From: a candidate division WOR-3 bacterium | GTDB lineage: Bacteria; Hydrothermota; 32-111 | Length of the DNA: 64,000 bases | Assembly: GCA_039804105.1 (NCBI GenBank) | Contig: JBDRZU010000001.1 | Span: 480,001-544,000 of the forward strand | Direction of reading: 5' to 3' | In this document: piece after piece, positions 1-10,004 of the stretch | Position numbering within the stretch: position 1 is the first letter of the stretch | Layout of the letters: each line of letters starts with the position of its first letter | Translations under genes and position numbers: made by a program | Notes under the pieces: model-generated | What the model saw: only the letters and a program-made list of their open reading frames with translations | The model's database searches: none | Told to the model about the DNA's origin: nothing

Positions 1-1196
1 AAACTCAATAAATCTTCAGGAGAATTATTAAATGGGGTTGCTGAAACTAAAATAACTTTTTTCCCACTACAAATTTCTGAAAGTTTTTCATATCCTTGTG
101 TTATTTCATTTCTGAATTTATGTGCTTCATCAATAATTACATTTTCATATTTTCTTTGTTCTGTCTGATAGATACCATCATAAAGATCACCAGATGAAAC
201 AAAAGTAGCATTTATATTAAAATCTAAAAATACATTTCTCCATGAACCAGGATTATTTTTATTAAGTAAACTGGGGGGTGCTATTACAAGGATTCTACCT
301 TGGAGTTTTTTAGCAAGCATTGCAGCCATGTAAGTTTTACCAAGACCAACAACATCTGAAAGAAAACAGCCTCCATATTCATCCAATATTTTTTTTGCAT
401 TTAAAACTGCCTGTTTTTGATAATCAAATTCTTTAAAATCATCTGGTAGATATTCGTTTTCAGTCTCTTCTACCTGACTTAATTCATTTTTAAAATATTC
501 ATATAAAAATTTCAAGAAAAGTTCATAGGGAGTAATCGTTTCATTAAGCCACGTTTTTTCGGTTATTATTTCAACAAATCTTTCAGTTACATCAACAGAA
601 TCTTTCCATAATTCTTCAAATTTTTTCTTTGCAAACTCATAATCTGCACTATTTTTTAATTCTACATTGAATTCAAGGTTATCCATAAGTCCTGATTTGG
701 TAAAATTACTTGAACCTGTAATAACTCTTCCAATATCTCTATCACCCTCTTTAAAAGTAATAATATACAACTTTGAATGAATATTTTTGGAAGGATACAC
801 TCTTATTTCAAGTTTTCCATTTTTTAACCAATCAACAAATTTTTTTATGCCCAACTCAATTTCTTTTTCCTGTTTTGAATTTGAAATTTCTGTTTTTGTT
901 AATTTTTCAACTTCTTCAATAGTTTCATAATGTGACAACTCTTTATTTTTTTCAAATAAATCTTGTTCATCAAGATTTTCAATCAATTCATAAGTTTTTT
1001 CATCAGTTGCGATTCCAATAAGAATTCTAATTTTCTCAGTTTTTTCAAGTGAATCATAAATCGTATGAAAACCACTTATTCTAAAATAACCAACAAGACA
1101 ATCAAAATACTTACTATCTCTAATTAAAGTTTTAAATCTCTCTGTTAAAGTCTGTCCATTTTCGTTAATTATAAAAGTTAAATCGTTTTTACTCAT
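1..1196 (-). CDS. PLD-like (HxK) nuclease domain fused to SF2/SNF2-type helicase, runs off window edge; restriction/defence-associated family
   Basis: Not in the ORF track; translated by hand from ATG at 1196 (AGGAG upstream): MSKNDLTFIINENGQTLTERF...IHSKLYII...ITGSSNFTKSGL...LEFNVEL (PLD motifs), then SDVVGLGKT (motif I), IIDEAHKFRN (motif II), LVSATPFNN (motif III); open to position 1. Confidence 0.85.
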   Translation of the reverse strand, partial: MSKNDLTFIINENGQTLTERFKTLIRDSKYFDCLVGYFRISGFHTIYDSLEKTEKIRILIGIATDEKTYELIENLDEQDLFEKNKELSHYETIEEVEKLTKTEISNSKQEKEIELGIKKFVDWLKNGKLEIRVYPSKNIHSKLYIITFKEGDRDIGRVITGSSNFTKSGLMDNLEFNVELKNSADYEFAKKKFEELWKDSVDVTERFVEIITEKTWLNETITPYELFLKFLYEYFKNELSQVEETENEYLPDDFKEFDYQKQAVLNAKKILDEYGGCFLSDVVGLGKTYMAAMLAKKLQGRILVIAPPSLLNKNNPGSWRNVFLDFNINATFVSSGDLYDGIYQTEQRKYENVIIDEAHKFRNEITQGYEKLSEICSGKKVILVSATPFNNSPEDLLS

Positions 1197-1413
1197 GTTG
1201 TATACTCCTTTAGGCTATTATTTCTAAAAAAATTTTAACAATAAATAATACATCGGGAAACTCAAAAATTCTTCTCCTCCACTATTTCTTTATCAAAAAC
1301 CCTCATTTTGCAAAATATTTAAAATTTTATCAATTATTTTACCTAAAAAATTTTTAAATTTCAACAAAAAAGTGAATCTTAATGATAGGGGAAGATTTTG
1401 GGATAAAATTAAA

Positions 1414-1503
1414 CGGAGAGGCCGGGATTTGAACCCGGGGTAGCGGTATTCCCACTACAACGGATTAGCAATCCGCCGCCTTCGACCACTCGGCCACCTC
1501 TCC
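1414..1503 (-). tRNA. tRNA-Ser (anticodon GCT)
   Basis: Reverse complement GGAGAGGTGGCCGAGTGGTCGAAGGCG GCGGA-TT-GCT-AA-TCCGT, long variable arm, GGTTCAAATCC T-arm, acceptor CTCTCC-G; CCA not encoded. Confidence 0.97.
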
Positions 1504-1515
1504 GTAAAAAAATTT

Positions 1516-1543
1516 AGTATATAAAGAATCAAACTTTTGTCAA
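1516..1543 (-). promoter_or_regulatory. sigma70-type promoter for tRNA-Ser
   Basis: TTGACA-N16-TATACT on the minus strand, 12 nt before the tRNA 5' end. Confidence 0.7.
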
Positions 1544-2941
1544 TCAAAAATATAATTCAAACTCAAAAGGATGTGGTCTTTTCTCCATTTCAAGTGCTTC
1601 TTTCTCTTTGTATTCAATATAGCCGTTTATGAGATCCTCTGTGAATACACCACCTGCAAGTAGATAATCGTGATCTTTTTTGAGTTCTTCAAGTGCTTCA
1701 AGAAGGTTTGTCGGGCATGAGTCAATTTTTTCGACAATCTTTTTATCCATCTTTTCAAGATCCTCTTCATAAGGACCAAAATTGTTATCTTTGAGTGAAA
1801 TCTTGTTTTTAATTCCATCGATTCCTGCCATGAGCATTGCTGCTGTTGCAAGGTATGAGTTACATGTTCCATCTGGTGGTCTGAATTCAATCCTTTTTTC
1901 ACTTTCACTCGTTGCATATTTTGGAATCCTTATCGCTGCTGATCTGTTTGCAAGTGAGTAGAAAAGTTTTACAGGTGCTTCAAATCCTTTAACGAGTCGT
2001 TTGTATGAGTTGGTTGATGGATTTGTGAACGCAAGAAGTGATTTACCATGTTTCAAAAGTCCTGCAACATAATACTCTCCGATTTCAGAAAGTCCACCAT
2101 AACCGTTACCGAAGAAAAGATTTTTGTTTCCGTTGAAAAGATGTTGATGGAAGTGCATTCCGTTTCCTGGCATTCCATAAAGTGGTTTTGGCATAAATGT
2201 TGCCGAAAGGTTGTTCTGATAACAAACATTCTTTATGAAATATTTGATTATCTGAATATTATCACCTGTTGCAAGAAGTGGATACCTCTTGATTTCAATC
2301 TCGTTCTGTGCTGAACCAACCTCATGGTGATGGTATATCAAATCTATTCCATAATCGATTATCACTTTTGATATTTTACTTCTAATATCTGTAAACTTAT
2401 CTTTTGGAGGAATCGAATGGTAACCTGCTTTTTTCATCAAAAATTCACCACTCTCATTGATATAAGAATCATCAAATCCAAACTTGCCTTCATAAGATTC
2501 AATTTTATATTCAGCGAGATTTTCTTTGTTGTTAACAACAACTCTATCAAAAATATAGAATTCAAACTCAGGTCCAAAAAGAACATCTGTTGCAATCTTC
2601 TCTTTTTTAAGATATTCCTGCGCTTTCAAAGCAACAGTTCTTGGATCCCTTGAATAGTCCTTTCTTGTATCTGCTTCTTTTATAAAACAGAAATATGATA
2701 TAGTTGGTTCTTCAAAAAATGGATCCTCAAAACCTGTTTCCTCATCGATCATCAAAACCATATCTCCACCTTCAACACTCTTAAAACCTGGGCAGCTTGA
2801 TGAATCAAAACCAACTCCATTCTCTTTTATTTCATTGTAATTTTTTGCTGGAAGTGTTAAATGGTGGAAATTCCCAACAAGATCTGTAAATTTTAAATCT
2901 ATCCATTTAAAATCTTTATCCTTTATATCGACCTTTTTCAT
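1544..2941 (-). CDS. glnA: Glutamine synthetase type I
   Basis: GFDSSS, FGPEFEFY, HHHEV, ATFMPKP...GNGMHFHQ, NSYKRLV.GFEAP, NRSAAIRIP, IEFRPPD motifs; AGGAGG RBS. Confidence 0.97.
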   Translation of the reverse strand: MKKVDIKDKDFKWIDLKFTDLVGNFHHLTLPAKNYNEIKENGVGFDSSSCPGFKSVEGGDMVLMIDEETGFEDPFFEEPTISYFCFIKEADTRKDYSRDPRTVALKAQEYLKKEKIATDVLFGPEFEFYIFDRVVVNNKENLAEYKIESYEGKFGFDDSYINESGEFLMKKAGYHSIPPKDKFTDIRSKISKVIIDYGIDLIYHHHEVGSAQNEIEIKRYPLLATGDNIQIIKYFIKNVCYQNNLSATFMPKPLYGMPGNGMHFHQHLFNGNKNLFFGNGYGGLSEIGEYYVAGLLKHGKSLLAFTNPSTNSYKRLVKGFEAPVKLFYSLANRSAAIRIPKYATSESEKRIEFRPPDGTCNSYLATAAMLMAGIDGIKNKISLKDNNFGPYEEDLEKMDKKIVEKIDSCPTNLLEALEELKKDHDYLLAGGVFTEDLINGYIEYKEKEALEMEKRPHPFEFELYF

Positions 2942-2965
2942 CTGTCCTCCTTTTGTAAACCTTAT

Positions 2966-2993
2966 ATTATATATAAGAAAATTTTTAATTCAA
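2966..2993 (-). promoter_or_regulatory. sigma70-type promoter for glnA
   Basis: TTGAAT-N16-TATAAT followed by AAGGAGG and ATG. Confidence 0.65.
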
Positions 2994-4370
2994 TTATTTT
3001 TTGTCAGGTGAAATTAAACTTTCAAGTCGTCCTTTTATAGCCTGATGTAGATATTGTAAAACATATTTTGTGGGTTTTCCTCTTTTTTCTCTAACAAGTG
3101 TTAAAGGAATCTCTGCTGTTAATCTCAAAAAACCTGTTAAAGCGAATAGCACCTGTTCACCCGATAAATTTAAATGAAAAATTGCTAATGGTTTTGGAAT
3201 CAAAATACTTGAAACCATCATCGAAAACATCATAGCAAGTCCTGAGATTGTTCCCTGTATCGCTGTGTAAATTTGTCTTTTCTTATCGGGTGCTATAGAT
3301 AAAACAAAATTTGTTGCAACTATGTTCGCTCCTGACCACATCATTCCTGATGTGAACGCTTCAAAATAGATTATCCACTTTGTTTGTTCTGTTGCAAAAA
3401 CCCAAATCAAAGGGTTTAAAGCACCAAGGATCAGAGCGAATCTCATCGCTGTTCTGTTTCCAAATCTATCGATAAAAACTCCCCACGGTCTTAAAAAATA
3501 TAAGGCGGAAATAGTGCTTATAGTTCCATAGATCTGAACCTCAAAAAGGGACATTTTTAAATTTTTTAGCATAAACGGCTGCCAGAAAGGAGCGCCAACT
3601 CCAACAGCAAGCATCCACCAAACATTATAAACGAGAAACCTTAAAAAATTTTTATCTTTAAAAGGTGAAGTCAAAAACTCCTTTATACTCTCCTTTTCAA
3701 TCTCCTTTTCCTTTTCGGGCTGGTTGTTTAAAATTTTTACCCCGATTATTCCCATAACTGTTGCAACAAAGAAGATGAAAAGAAAAACATAGGAAACATT
3801 GTGCTCTTTGAAAATAGAAAAATTTTTCAAAAATTTTGCATCGTTTTTGGTTAAAAAGTCAAAGAGGATTGAAAATATATATCCAGTAAGAAGTCCAACA
3901 ACCATCAAAATCTGAGATCTTCGTGAGAAAAATCTTCCCCTGATGTCTATTGGAATCATATCTGAAATCCAGGCGATCCACATATTAGCACTTATCGTCT
4001 GTAAAATGTTGCTTATCAAAAATAGAGTTAAAAAGATGTATATCGCATCCTGTTTCCAAAAAATAAAAGGAATAAAACCAAAAAGAATTGTAAGAAATCT
4101 TCCCCAGAAAGCAAAATCAACAACAAGTTTTTTTCTCGTTTTCAACTCTTTTGTTAAGATAACACCAACGATCTGGAAAATCTGTGAAATTTGACCTATA
4201 GAAGAGTATAAACCAAAATGCAAAGGTGTAGCGTTTAAAAACACCAAAAACTTTGTAATGAAAACACTTCCCGGTGAAGCGAGAGTTGAAAAAATCTGAG
4301 CAAAACTTCCATCAAGATAGGAAATTTTTACAGTCTTTTTTATAACAGGATCCTTCAAATATTTTTCCAT
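2994..4370 (-). CDS. MFS transporter
   Basis: About 12 hydrophobic segments; WISDMIP..IRGRFFS.R and WG.FIDRFGNR loop motifs. Confidence 0.85.
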   Translation of the reverse strand: MEKYLKDPVIKKTVKISYLDGSFAQIFSTLASPGSVFITKFLVFLNATPLHFGLYSSIGQISQIFQIVGVILTKELKTRKKLVVDFAFWGRFLTILFGFIPFIFWKQDAIYIFLTLFLISNILQTISANMWIAWISDMIPIDIRGRFFSRRSQILMVVGLLTGYIFSILFDFLTKNDAKFLKNFSIFKEHNVSYVFLFIFFVATVMGIIGVKILNNQPEKEKEIEKESIKEFLTSPFKDKNFLRFLVYNVWWMLAVGVGAPFWQPFMLKNLKMSLFEVQIYGTISTISALYFLRPWGVFIDRFGNRTAMRFALILGALNPLIWVFATEQTKWIIYFEAFTSGMMWSGANIVATNFVLSIAPDKKRQIYTAIQGTISGLAMMFSMMVSSILIPKPLAIFHLNLSGEQVLFALTGFLRLTAEIPLTLVREKRGKPTKYVLQYLHQAIKGRLESLISPDKK

Positions 4371-4454
4371 AAGTTATACAAAAATATATTCTTTTACAAA
4401 AATGTCAATAGAAAACATTTGACATTTTTTTTTAAGTGTGATATATAAATTACT

Positions 4455-4934
4455 ATGAATAGTATCATTATATATTTTTCTTACCACAGAGGTAATACGA
4501 GTAAAATCGCTCATGTTATTGGAAGAGAGTTGCATAGCGATATTGCTCGGTCAAAAGATTTTAATGTGAAAAATTTAAAGCAATATGATCTTATTGGCCT
4601 TGGGTCAGGGATCTATAACGGAAAACCACATAAATCGATTTTAGAACTTGTTGATAAACTTGATGAGAGTTGTAAAGATAAATACTTCTTCATTTTCTGC
4701 ACGAGCAGAAAAAATCAGGACTGTTATCTTGATGAACTTGAATTCAAATTGAAAAGTAAAGGTGTCAAATATTTAGGGAAATTTCAAACTTATGGAGAAT
4801 ATGATAGAGGAATCTTTAAATTTTTTGGTGGTTTGAACAGAGGAAGACCAAATATCGATGATTTCCATAATGCAGTCGAATTTGCAAAAAAAATAAAGGA
4901 GATGCTTCAAAATGAAAAACTGGAAAACAATTGA
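4455..4934 (+). CDS. Flavodoxin family protein
   Basis: IYFSYHRGNT.KIA FMN-binding loop, YDLIGLGSGIY, GRP..DD..NA..FA. Confidence 0.85.
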   Translation: MNSIIIYFSYHRGNTSKIAHVIGRELHSDIARSKDFNVKNLKQYDLIGLGSGIYNGKPHKSILELVDKLDESCKDKYFFIFCTSRKNQDCYLDELEFKLKSKGVKYLGKFQTYGEYDRGIFKFFGGLNRGRPNIDDFHNAVEFAKKIKEMLQNEKLENN

Positions 4935-5619
4935 TATTGTTTCTGGTCTTTTTATTTCCGTTTTACTCGTTTCAAACATCGTTTCAACAAAACTTGTTTC
5001 TTTCTATAAATTCACTTTCGATGGTGGAACATTTCTGTTTCCATTATCTTATATTTTTGGAGATATTCTAACAGAAGTTTACGGCTATTCATCAGCAAGA
5101 AGGGTTATCTGGATCGGTTTCATTTCAGCACTTCTGATGAGTATAAACATTTATGTAGTCGGCAAAGTGCCTCCATCACCTGAATGGCAATTTCAGGACT
5201 ATTATGACATCATTCTTGGGATCACACCAAGGATAGTTCTTGCGAGTTTGATTGGATACCTTGTTGGGAACTTTTCAAACTCATTTATTCTTGCAAAGTT
5301 GAAAGTTTTAACAAATGGAAAATTTTTATTTGTAAGAACAATCTCTTCAACTATCGTTGGTGAGTTTCTTGATACAAATTTCTTTGTTTTAATAGCGTTT
5401 TATGGACTTTACAGGGGAAGGGTTCTTCTTGCGATAGCAATATCTAACTATATCTTCAAAACACTTGTTGAAGTATTTTTTACACCTCTAACCTATATAA
5501 TAGTAAATCACCTGAAAAAGGTTGAGGGTATTGACTGGTTTGATCGAAAAACCAACTTCAATCCGTTTCTGTTCAGAAGTACCAATCTACCTTCCGATGG
5601 AGAAATATCTAAAACCTAA
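4912..5619 (+). CDS. yhhQ: Queuosine precursor transporter (Vut_1/YhhQ family)
   Basis: LLVSNIVSTK, FPLSYIFGDILTEVYG..ARRVIW.GF, RTI.ST.VGE.LDT, K..EG.D..D.KTNFNPF. Confidence 0.9.
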   Translation: MKNWKTIDIVSGLFISVLLVSNIVSTKLVSFYKFTFDGGTFLFPLSYIFGDILTEVYGYSSARRVIWIGFISALLMSINIYVVGKVPPSPEWQFQDYYDIILGITPRIVLASLIGYLVGNFSNSFILAKLKVLTNGKFLFVRTISSTIVGEFLDTNFFVLIAFYGLYRGRVLLAIAISNYIFKTLVEVFFTPLTYIIVNHLKKVEGIDWFDRKTNFNPFLFRSTNLPSDGEISKT

Positions 5620-6876
5620 AGATTTCATTATCCCAGGATCATAAACATTTCTTCCATCAAAGAAAAGATCTCCATTCATAAGTGCTTTTATCTTTTTCAT
5701 ATCAGCATTTTTAAAAATATCCCACTCAGTCACAAGAATAGTTATATCAACACCTTCAACACAATCATAAATGTCTTTTGAATATACAACTTTGTTCTTT
5801 AATACCTTTTTCACATTTTCAACAGCAACTGGATCAAAGACCTTAATTTTCGCTTTTTGTTTTAAAAGAAGATTGATAAGTTTCAAAGATGGTGCTTCTC
5901 TGATATCATCTGTATTAGGTTTGAACGAAAGTCCCAAAATTGCTACTTTTTTATTCGAAAGATTTGTGTGTTTTTTGATCTTTTCAACGAATCTTTTAAC
6001 TCTGTTGTCATTAACCTTTTTGACTTCTTTTAAAATTCCAAAATCATATCCCAAACTTTTTGCTGTATAAATCAAAGAACCAATATCTTTTGGAAAACAT
6101 GATCCACCATAACCGATCCCTGCATTCAAAAACTCTCTCCCGATTCTTTTATCAAGACCCATCCCTTCTGCAATTTCAGTTACATCGGATCCTGTTATTT
6201 CTGCTAAATCTGCGATCGAGTTGATGAAGGAAATTTTCATTCCCAAAAATGAGTTTGAAGCATATTTTATAAGTTCTGCACTTTTCAATTTTGTTATCTT
6301 AATCACACTGTTCATCTCCTGATAGAGTTCAACAACCTTCATCGCTGCCTCAACCGACTCACTTCCAATTATGATTCTATCAGGATGCAATGTATCGTAT
6401 ATCGCCTGCCCTTCTCTTAAAAATTCGGGATTTGAAACAATATCAAATTTATAATCCTTTTTCAAATTTTTTCTTATAATCTTACCAACAAGATCTCCAG
6501 TTCCAACAGGCACAGTTGATTTGTTAACAATTATCTTGTATCCATTCATATATTTCCCGATATCCTCAGCAACCTTTTTCACACTTGAAAGATCTGTCTG
6601 CCAGTTCTTTTTGGGCATCGTATCAACTGCGATAAAAATGATATCAGATTTTTCAACTGCATCTTTGATTGAAGTGGTATACTCCAATCTTCCTTCTTTA
6701 TAACTTTTGTTAGCCATCTCTTCAAGTCCAGGTTCATAGATGGGCATTATTCCATTTTTCAATTTGTTTATCTTCTCTTCATTTTTATCCATACATATAA
6801 CATTGTGTCCAAGATGTGCAAATACAACACCCGTTACAAGTCCAACATAACCTGTTCCAATAACTGATATTTTCAT
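5587..6876 (-). CDS. ugd: UDP-glucose/GDP-mannose 6-dehydrogenase
   Basis: GTGYVG Rossmann motif, KSTVPVGT, SNPEFLREG, GYGGSCFPKD catalytic Cys, FKPNTDDIRE. Confidence 0.93.
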   Translation of the reverse strand: MKISVIGTGYVGLVTGVVFAHLGHNVICMDKNEEKINKLKNGIMPIYEPGLEEMANKSYKEGRLEYTTSIKDAVEKSDIIFIAVDTMPKKNWQTDLSSVKKVAEDIGKYMNGYKIIVNKSTVPVGTGDLVGKIIRKNLKKDYKFDIVSNPEFLREGQAIYDTLHPDRIIIGSESVEAAMKVVELYQEMNSVIKITKLKSAELIKYASNSFLGMKISFINSIADLAEITGSDVTEIAEGMGLDKRIGREFLNAGIGYGGSCFPKDIGSLIYTAKSLGYDFGILKEVKKVNDNRVKRFVEKIKKHTNLSNKKVAILGLSFKPNTDDIREAPSLKLINLLLKQKAKIKVFDPVAVENVKKVLKNKVVYSKDIYDCVEGVDITILVTEWDIFKNADMKKIKALMNGDLFFDGRNVYDPGIMKSLGFRYFSIGR

Positions 6877-6884
6877 AACACTCC

Positions 6885-7355
6885 TTATTTAAAAATTATA
6901 TCCCAATTGTATGGGATTTTATCAGTATTATAAGGTAATCTTAACTCATCAGGATTCTCTCTGTTGTAAGGTTCACTTATAGTCGAAACAACGATACTTT
7001 CAAACTCTCCTATATTTTTCCATCCATGGTAAACACCTTGGGGAATCACAACAAGTTTTGGAGAAAAATCACCTATGAAAATTTCCATCAACTCTTTGTA
7101 TGTTTTTGAACTTTCTCTCATATCGTAAAGAACAAGTTTGATCATACCTTTTACACAGCATACAAAGTCGATCTGTTTTTTATGGCAATGCCATGCTTTC
7201 ACAACACCCGGATAATTTGTGGTCATATAAACCTGTCCAAATTTTGTGAAGAATGGGTCATCTACCCTTAAAATCTCCATAACCCTTCCCCTTTCATCAC
7301 AGTTGTATTTCAAATCTTTTATGTGAACTCCATCTATCATAATTCCTCCTATCAT
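6885..7355 (-). CDS. dTDP-4-dehydrorhamnose 3,5-epimerase-like cupin (RmlC family); start may be 7340
   Basis: DERG, GVVKAWH.H..Q.D, LYD.R..S.T, IP.GV.HG cupin motifs. Confidence 0.8.
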   Translation of the reverse strand: MIGGIMIDGVHIKDLKYNCDERGRVMEILRVDDPFFTKFGQVYMTTNYPGVVKAWHCHKKQIDFVCCVKGMIKLVLYDMRESSKTYKELMEIFIGDFSPKLVVIPQGVYHGWKNIGEFESIVVSTISEPYNRENPDELRLPYNTDKIPYNWDIIFK

Positions 7356-9304
7356 TCTTTTGAAATATTGTTCGCAATTTTATAAAGATGGAAATTTATT
7401 CTTTCAAAATCATTCAAAATATCAAGATGAAGTGTTGATGTTTCAATAGATTCTTTCTGCCCTTCCTTTAATCTGTTCAGATGTTTATTCTGGAGTTCAG
7501 AAAGTTTATTCAAAACATACTCCCTTCTCTGTAAAACCTGTGATGCTAAATTCTTATCATATAGAGTGAACGCTTCAAGTGTAAGGGAGTATGTCTTTAA
7601 AACTTCGTTGTAAAATTCTTTTATCTCATCAATTCCTTCCTCTGAAAAGTAATAATTTTCATTTATCTTTTTCTTCAATGATATCATGAGATTTTTGCTT
7701 ATAACATCACCTATATGTTCAAGTTCATCAACAATGAAAAGGAAATCTTTCGTTTTTCTTGTTACAACTTCTGAAACTTCCTCTTCATATATTGAAACAA
7801 GAAATAGAGAAATTTCTCTCTCATAATTATCAACAACATTGTCAAGTTCAATCGTCCCTGTTAATTTGTTCGAATCGTTCGTTTTCAAAATATAAAAACT
7901 GTTTTCAAGCATCTTTCCAACAGTTTCAAACATCTTGATTATTTCCCTCTGTGCTTTCCCAAGTGCAACAGTTGGATTCTGAACGATATTCTCTTTCAAC
8001 ATTTTTTCACCATCTTTTGAAAGCCGTTCTATCTTCAAAAATTTTGAGAAATAGTTGATCAAAGGAAGCATAACTATAATTATCAAAGAAAACAAGATGT
8101 TGTAATACAGATGGAAGTTTGCTATATCTCGCCCACTTGTTAAAACATATCCTGTTATTTTTTCAAATTTGAACATTATCACAATAAAAAGTATTGATGT
8201 CACAATCCTTGAACTTATGTTAATGTAGTTTAAATATTTCGCTCTACTACCACCTTTTAAGGCAGCAAAAAAAGCGGTAAAGGATGTGCCAAGGTTTGCT
8301 GCACTAACCATTACAATTGCTGATCTAAAAGTTATTACCCCTGTTGTGAACAAACTTATTGCAAAAGCAACTGTAACCGCTGATGAATGAACAAGAAAAG
8401 TTAAAATTGAAAATACTATGAAAAGAAGCCAAAGATTGTTTTCGATTAATATTAAAAAATTTAAAAACATCTGGGTACTTTTTATCGGTGTAATAACATT
8501 TGCCATATATTGTATCGAAAAGAATATAAAACCAAAACCCATTATTATGAGTCCAACATACTTAAACTTTTTGTTTTTATCGTTTAGATAGAATCCAAAA
8601 ATTATCATCAAAAAAGAGAAGAAAGAAATGTTGAAAGAAATTATTTGAACGATTATTGAAGTCCCTATAGCAGAACCTGCAAACATATAAACTGAGCCTG
8701 CTATCGACAAAAGTCCATCAGAAACAAACGATAAAACCATTATCGAAAAGAGTGTTGACGATTGCATCATCAGAGTTAGAATCAGCCCTGAAAGAAAACC
8801 TTTTATATTTGAGCCTGACAGGTTCCAGAGTATCTCTTTCAATCTATAACCAGAAATCCTTGAAATACCTTTTGACGAGAATTTCAAACCGAGCATGAAC
8901 AGAACAAGTCCAAAAAGAAGTTTTAAAATCGTTTCAAAGATTGAAAAAGATTGTTCAACTTTAAAATAAAAATCAAGTTTTTTTTCTCTACTTTTATTTA
9001 AAATCTCAAGATGGTAATTACCTGTTTCCAATTTTGAAGGATTTATATCAACTCTAAAAATTTTCAAAGAATCAGGTAAGACAAGAATAGTATCAGATCC
9101 TTTTCCCCAAAGAACATAGTATGCTGAGTCCTCCTGTGAAACGAATTTGAACTGAAAATGTTTCAGGTTGTTTTTTACCACCTGTCCATTGTTTGAAATA
9201 TCGTTTCCCTCAGGATCCTTTAAAAAATCTATTTGCTTGTTTGATGAAAAAATCAAAAAGAAGGAAAAAAAGATTAAAAGAGTGATAAAAAACTTTTTAA
9301 ACAT
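7352..9304 (-). CDS. Na+/Pi cotransporter family protein with C-terminal PhoU-like domains and N-terminal exported extension
   Basis: Two QSST/HSSA repeats with AIGT/NLGT, C-terminal ELEHIGD and DFERI PhoU-like helices. Confidence 0.88.
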   Translation of the reverse strand: MFKKFFITLLIFFSFFLIFSSNKQIDFLKDPEGNDISNNGQVVKNNLKHFQFKFVSQEDSAYYVLWGKGSDTILVLPDSLKIFRVDINPSKLETGNYHLEILNKSREKKLDFYFKVEQSFSIFETILKLLFGLVLFMLGLKFSSKGISRISGYRLKEILWNLSGSNIKGFLSGLILTLMMQSSTLFSIMVLSFVSDGLLSIAGSVYMFAGSAIGTSIIVQIISFNISFFSFLMIIFGFYLNDKNKKFKYVGLIIMGFGFIFFSIQYMANVITPIKSTQMFLNFLILIENNLWLLFIVFSILTFLVHSSAVTVAFAISLFTTGVITFRSAIVMVSAANLGTSFTAFFAALKGGSRAKYLNYINISSRIVTSILFIVIMFKFEKITGYVLTSGRDIANFHLYYNILFSLIIIVMLPLINYFSKFLKIERLSKDGEKMLKENIVQNPTVALGKAQREIIKMFETVGKMLENSFYILKTNDSNKLTGTIELDNVVDNYEREISLFLVSIYEEEVSEVVTRKTKDFLFIVDELEHIGDVISKNLMISLKKKINENYYFSEEGIDEIKEFYNEVLKTYSLTLEAFTLYDKNLASQVLQRREYVLNKLSELQNKHLNRLKEGQKESIETSTLHLDILNDFERINFHLYKIANNISKE

Positions 9305-10004
9305 TTTGAAAATCGTTTTTCTTAAAAATTTTAAATTCTCCAGGTTTTAACCCCTTTATCGAAAGGTTTCCAACTGATAACCTTTTCAAAACAATAACAG
9401 GATGACCAAGTGCTTTGAGTATATCTTTTATCTCATGATGTTTACCATGAGTTAAAATTATCTCGATTTCTGATTTATCCCTTGATGAATCATAATAAAC
9501 AATTTTTACATCATCCAGTTTTAAAAATCTTTCTTCAACCTTTAACCCTTTTTTCAAAATTTTTATTTGACTCTCACTTAAATTTCCAAAAATTCTTGCC
9601 CTGTAAACTTTTTGAACCTGATTTTTTGGATGTGTTAAATAATTTATAAAATCACCATCATCAGTTAAAATCAATGCGCCCTCAGTGTCAAAATCGAGTC
9701 GCCCTGCTGGTCTTAATTTTTCAAATTTTTTTGGCAAAAAATCCATCACTGTTGGTCTACCCTTTTCGTCACTCCTTGAAGTTATACAATTCTTTGGTTT
9801 ATAAAGAAGAATATAAGTATAATCCTTTTTCGTTTGATTTAATCTCATTCCATCTATTTCTATTTTATCATTTTCATCAACCATCTCTCCAAGTTTTGCA
9901 AGTTTTCCATTAACTGCAACTCTTGCTTCCTTGATCAACTGATCAACCTCTCGTCTTGAAATACCTGTAATTGAGGAAATAAACTTATTGATCCTTATCT
10001 TCAA
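9297..10004 (-). CDS. rRNA pseudouridine synthase, RsuA/RluB family (start revised to TTG at 10004)
   Basis: S4 domain (RINKFIS...SRRE...VAVNG), catalytic GRLD, K.YRA; AGGAGG directly upstream of TTG 10004. Confidence 0.88.
   Translation of the reverse strand: MKIRINKFISSITGISRREVDQLIKEARVAVNGKLAKLGEMVDENDKIEIDGMRLNQTKKDYTYILLYKPKNCITSRSDEKGRPTVMDFLPKKFEKLRPAGRLDFDTEGALILTDDGDFINYLTHPKNQVQKVYRARIFGNLSESQIKILKKGLKVEERFLKLDDVKIVYYDSSRDKSEIEIILTHGKHHEIKDILKALGHPVIVLKRLSVGNLSIKGLKPGEFKIFKKNDFQNV

Noticed and set aside
4380..4912. PreQ1 riboswitch upstream of yhhQ
   Set aside because: No leader space: yhhQ overlaps the flavodoxin gene, whose ATG follows its promoter directly; no aptamer-like sequence seen.
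5587..5619. 33-nt convergent overlap of yhhQ and ugd
   Set aside because: Ordinary for a compact genome; no further structure.
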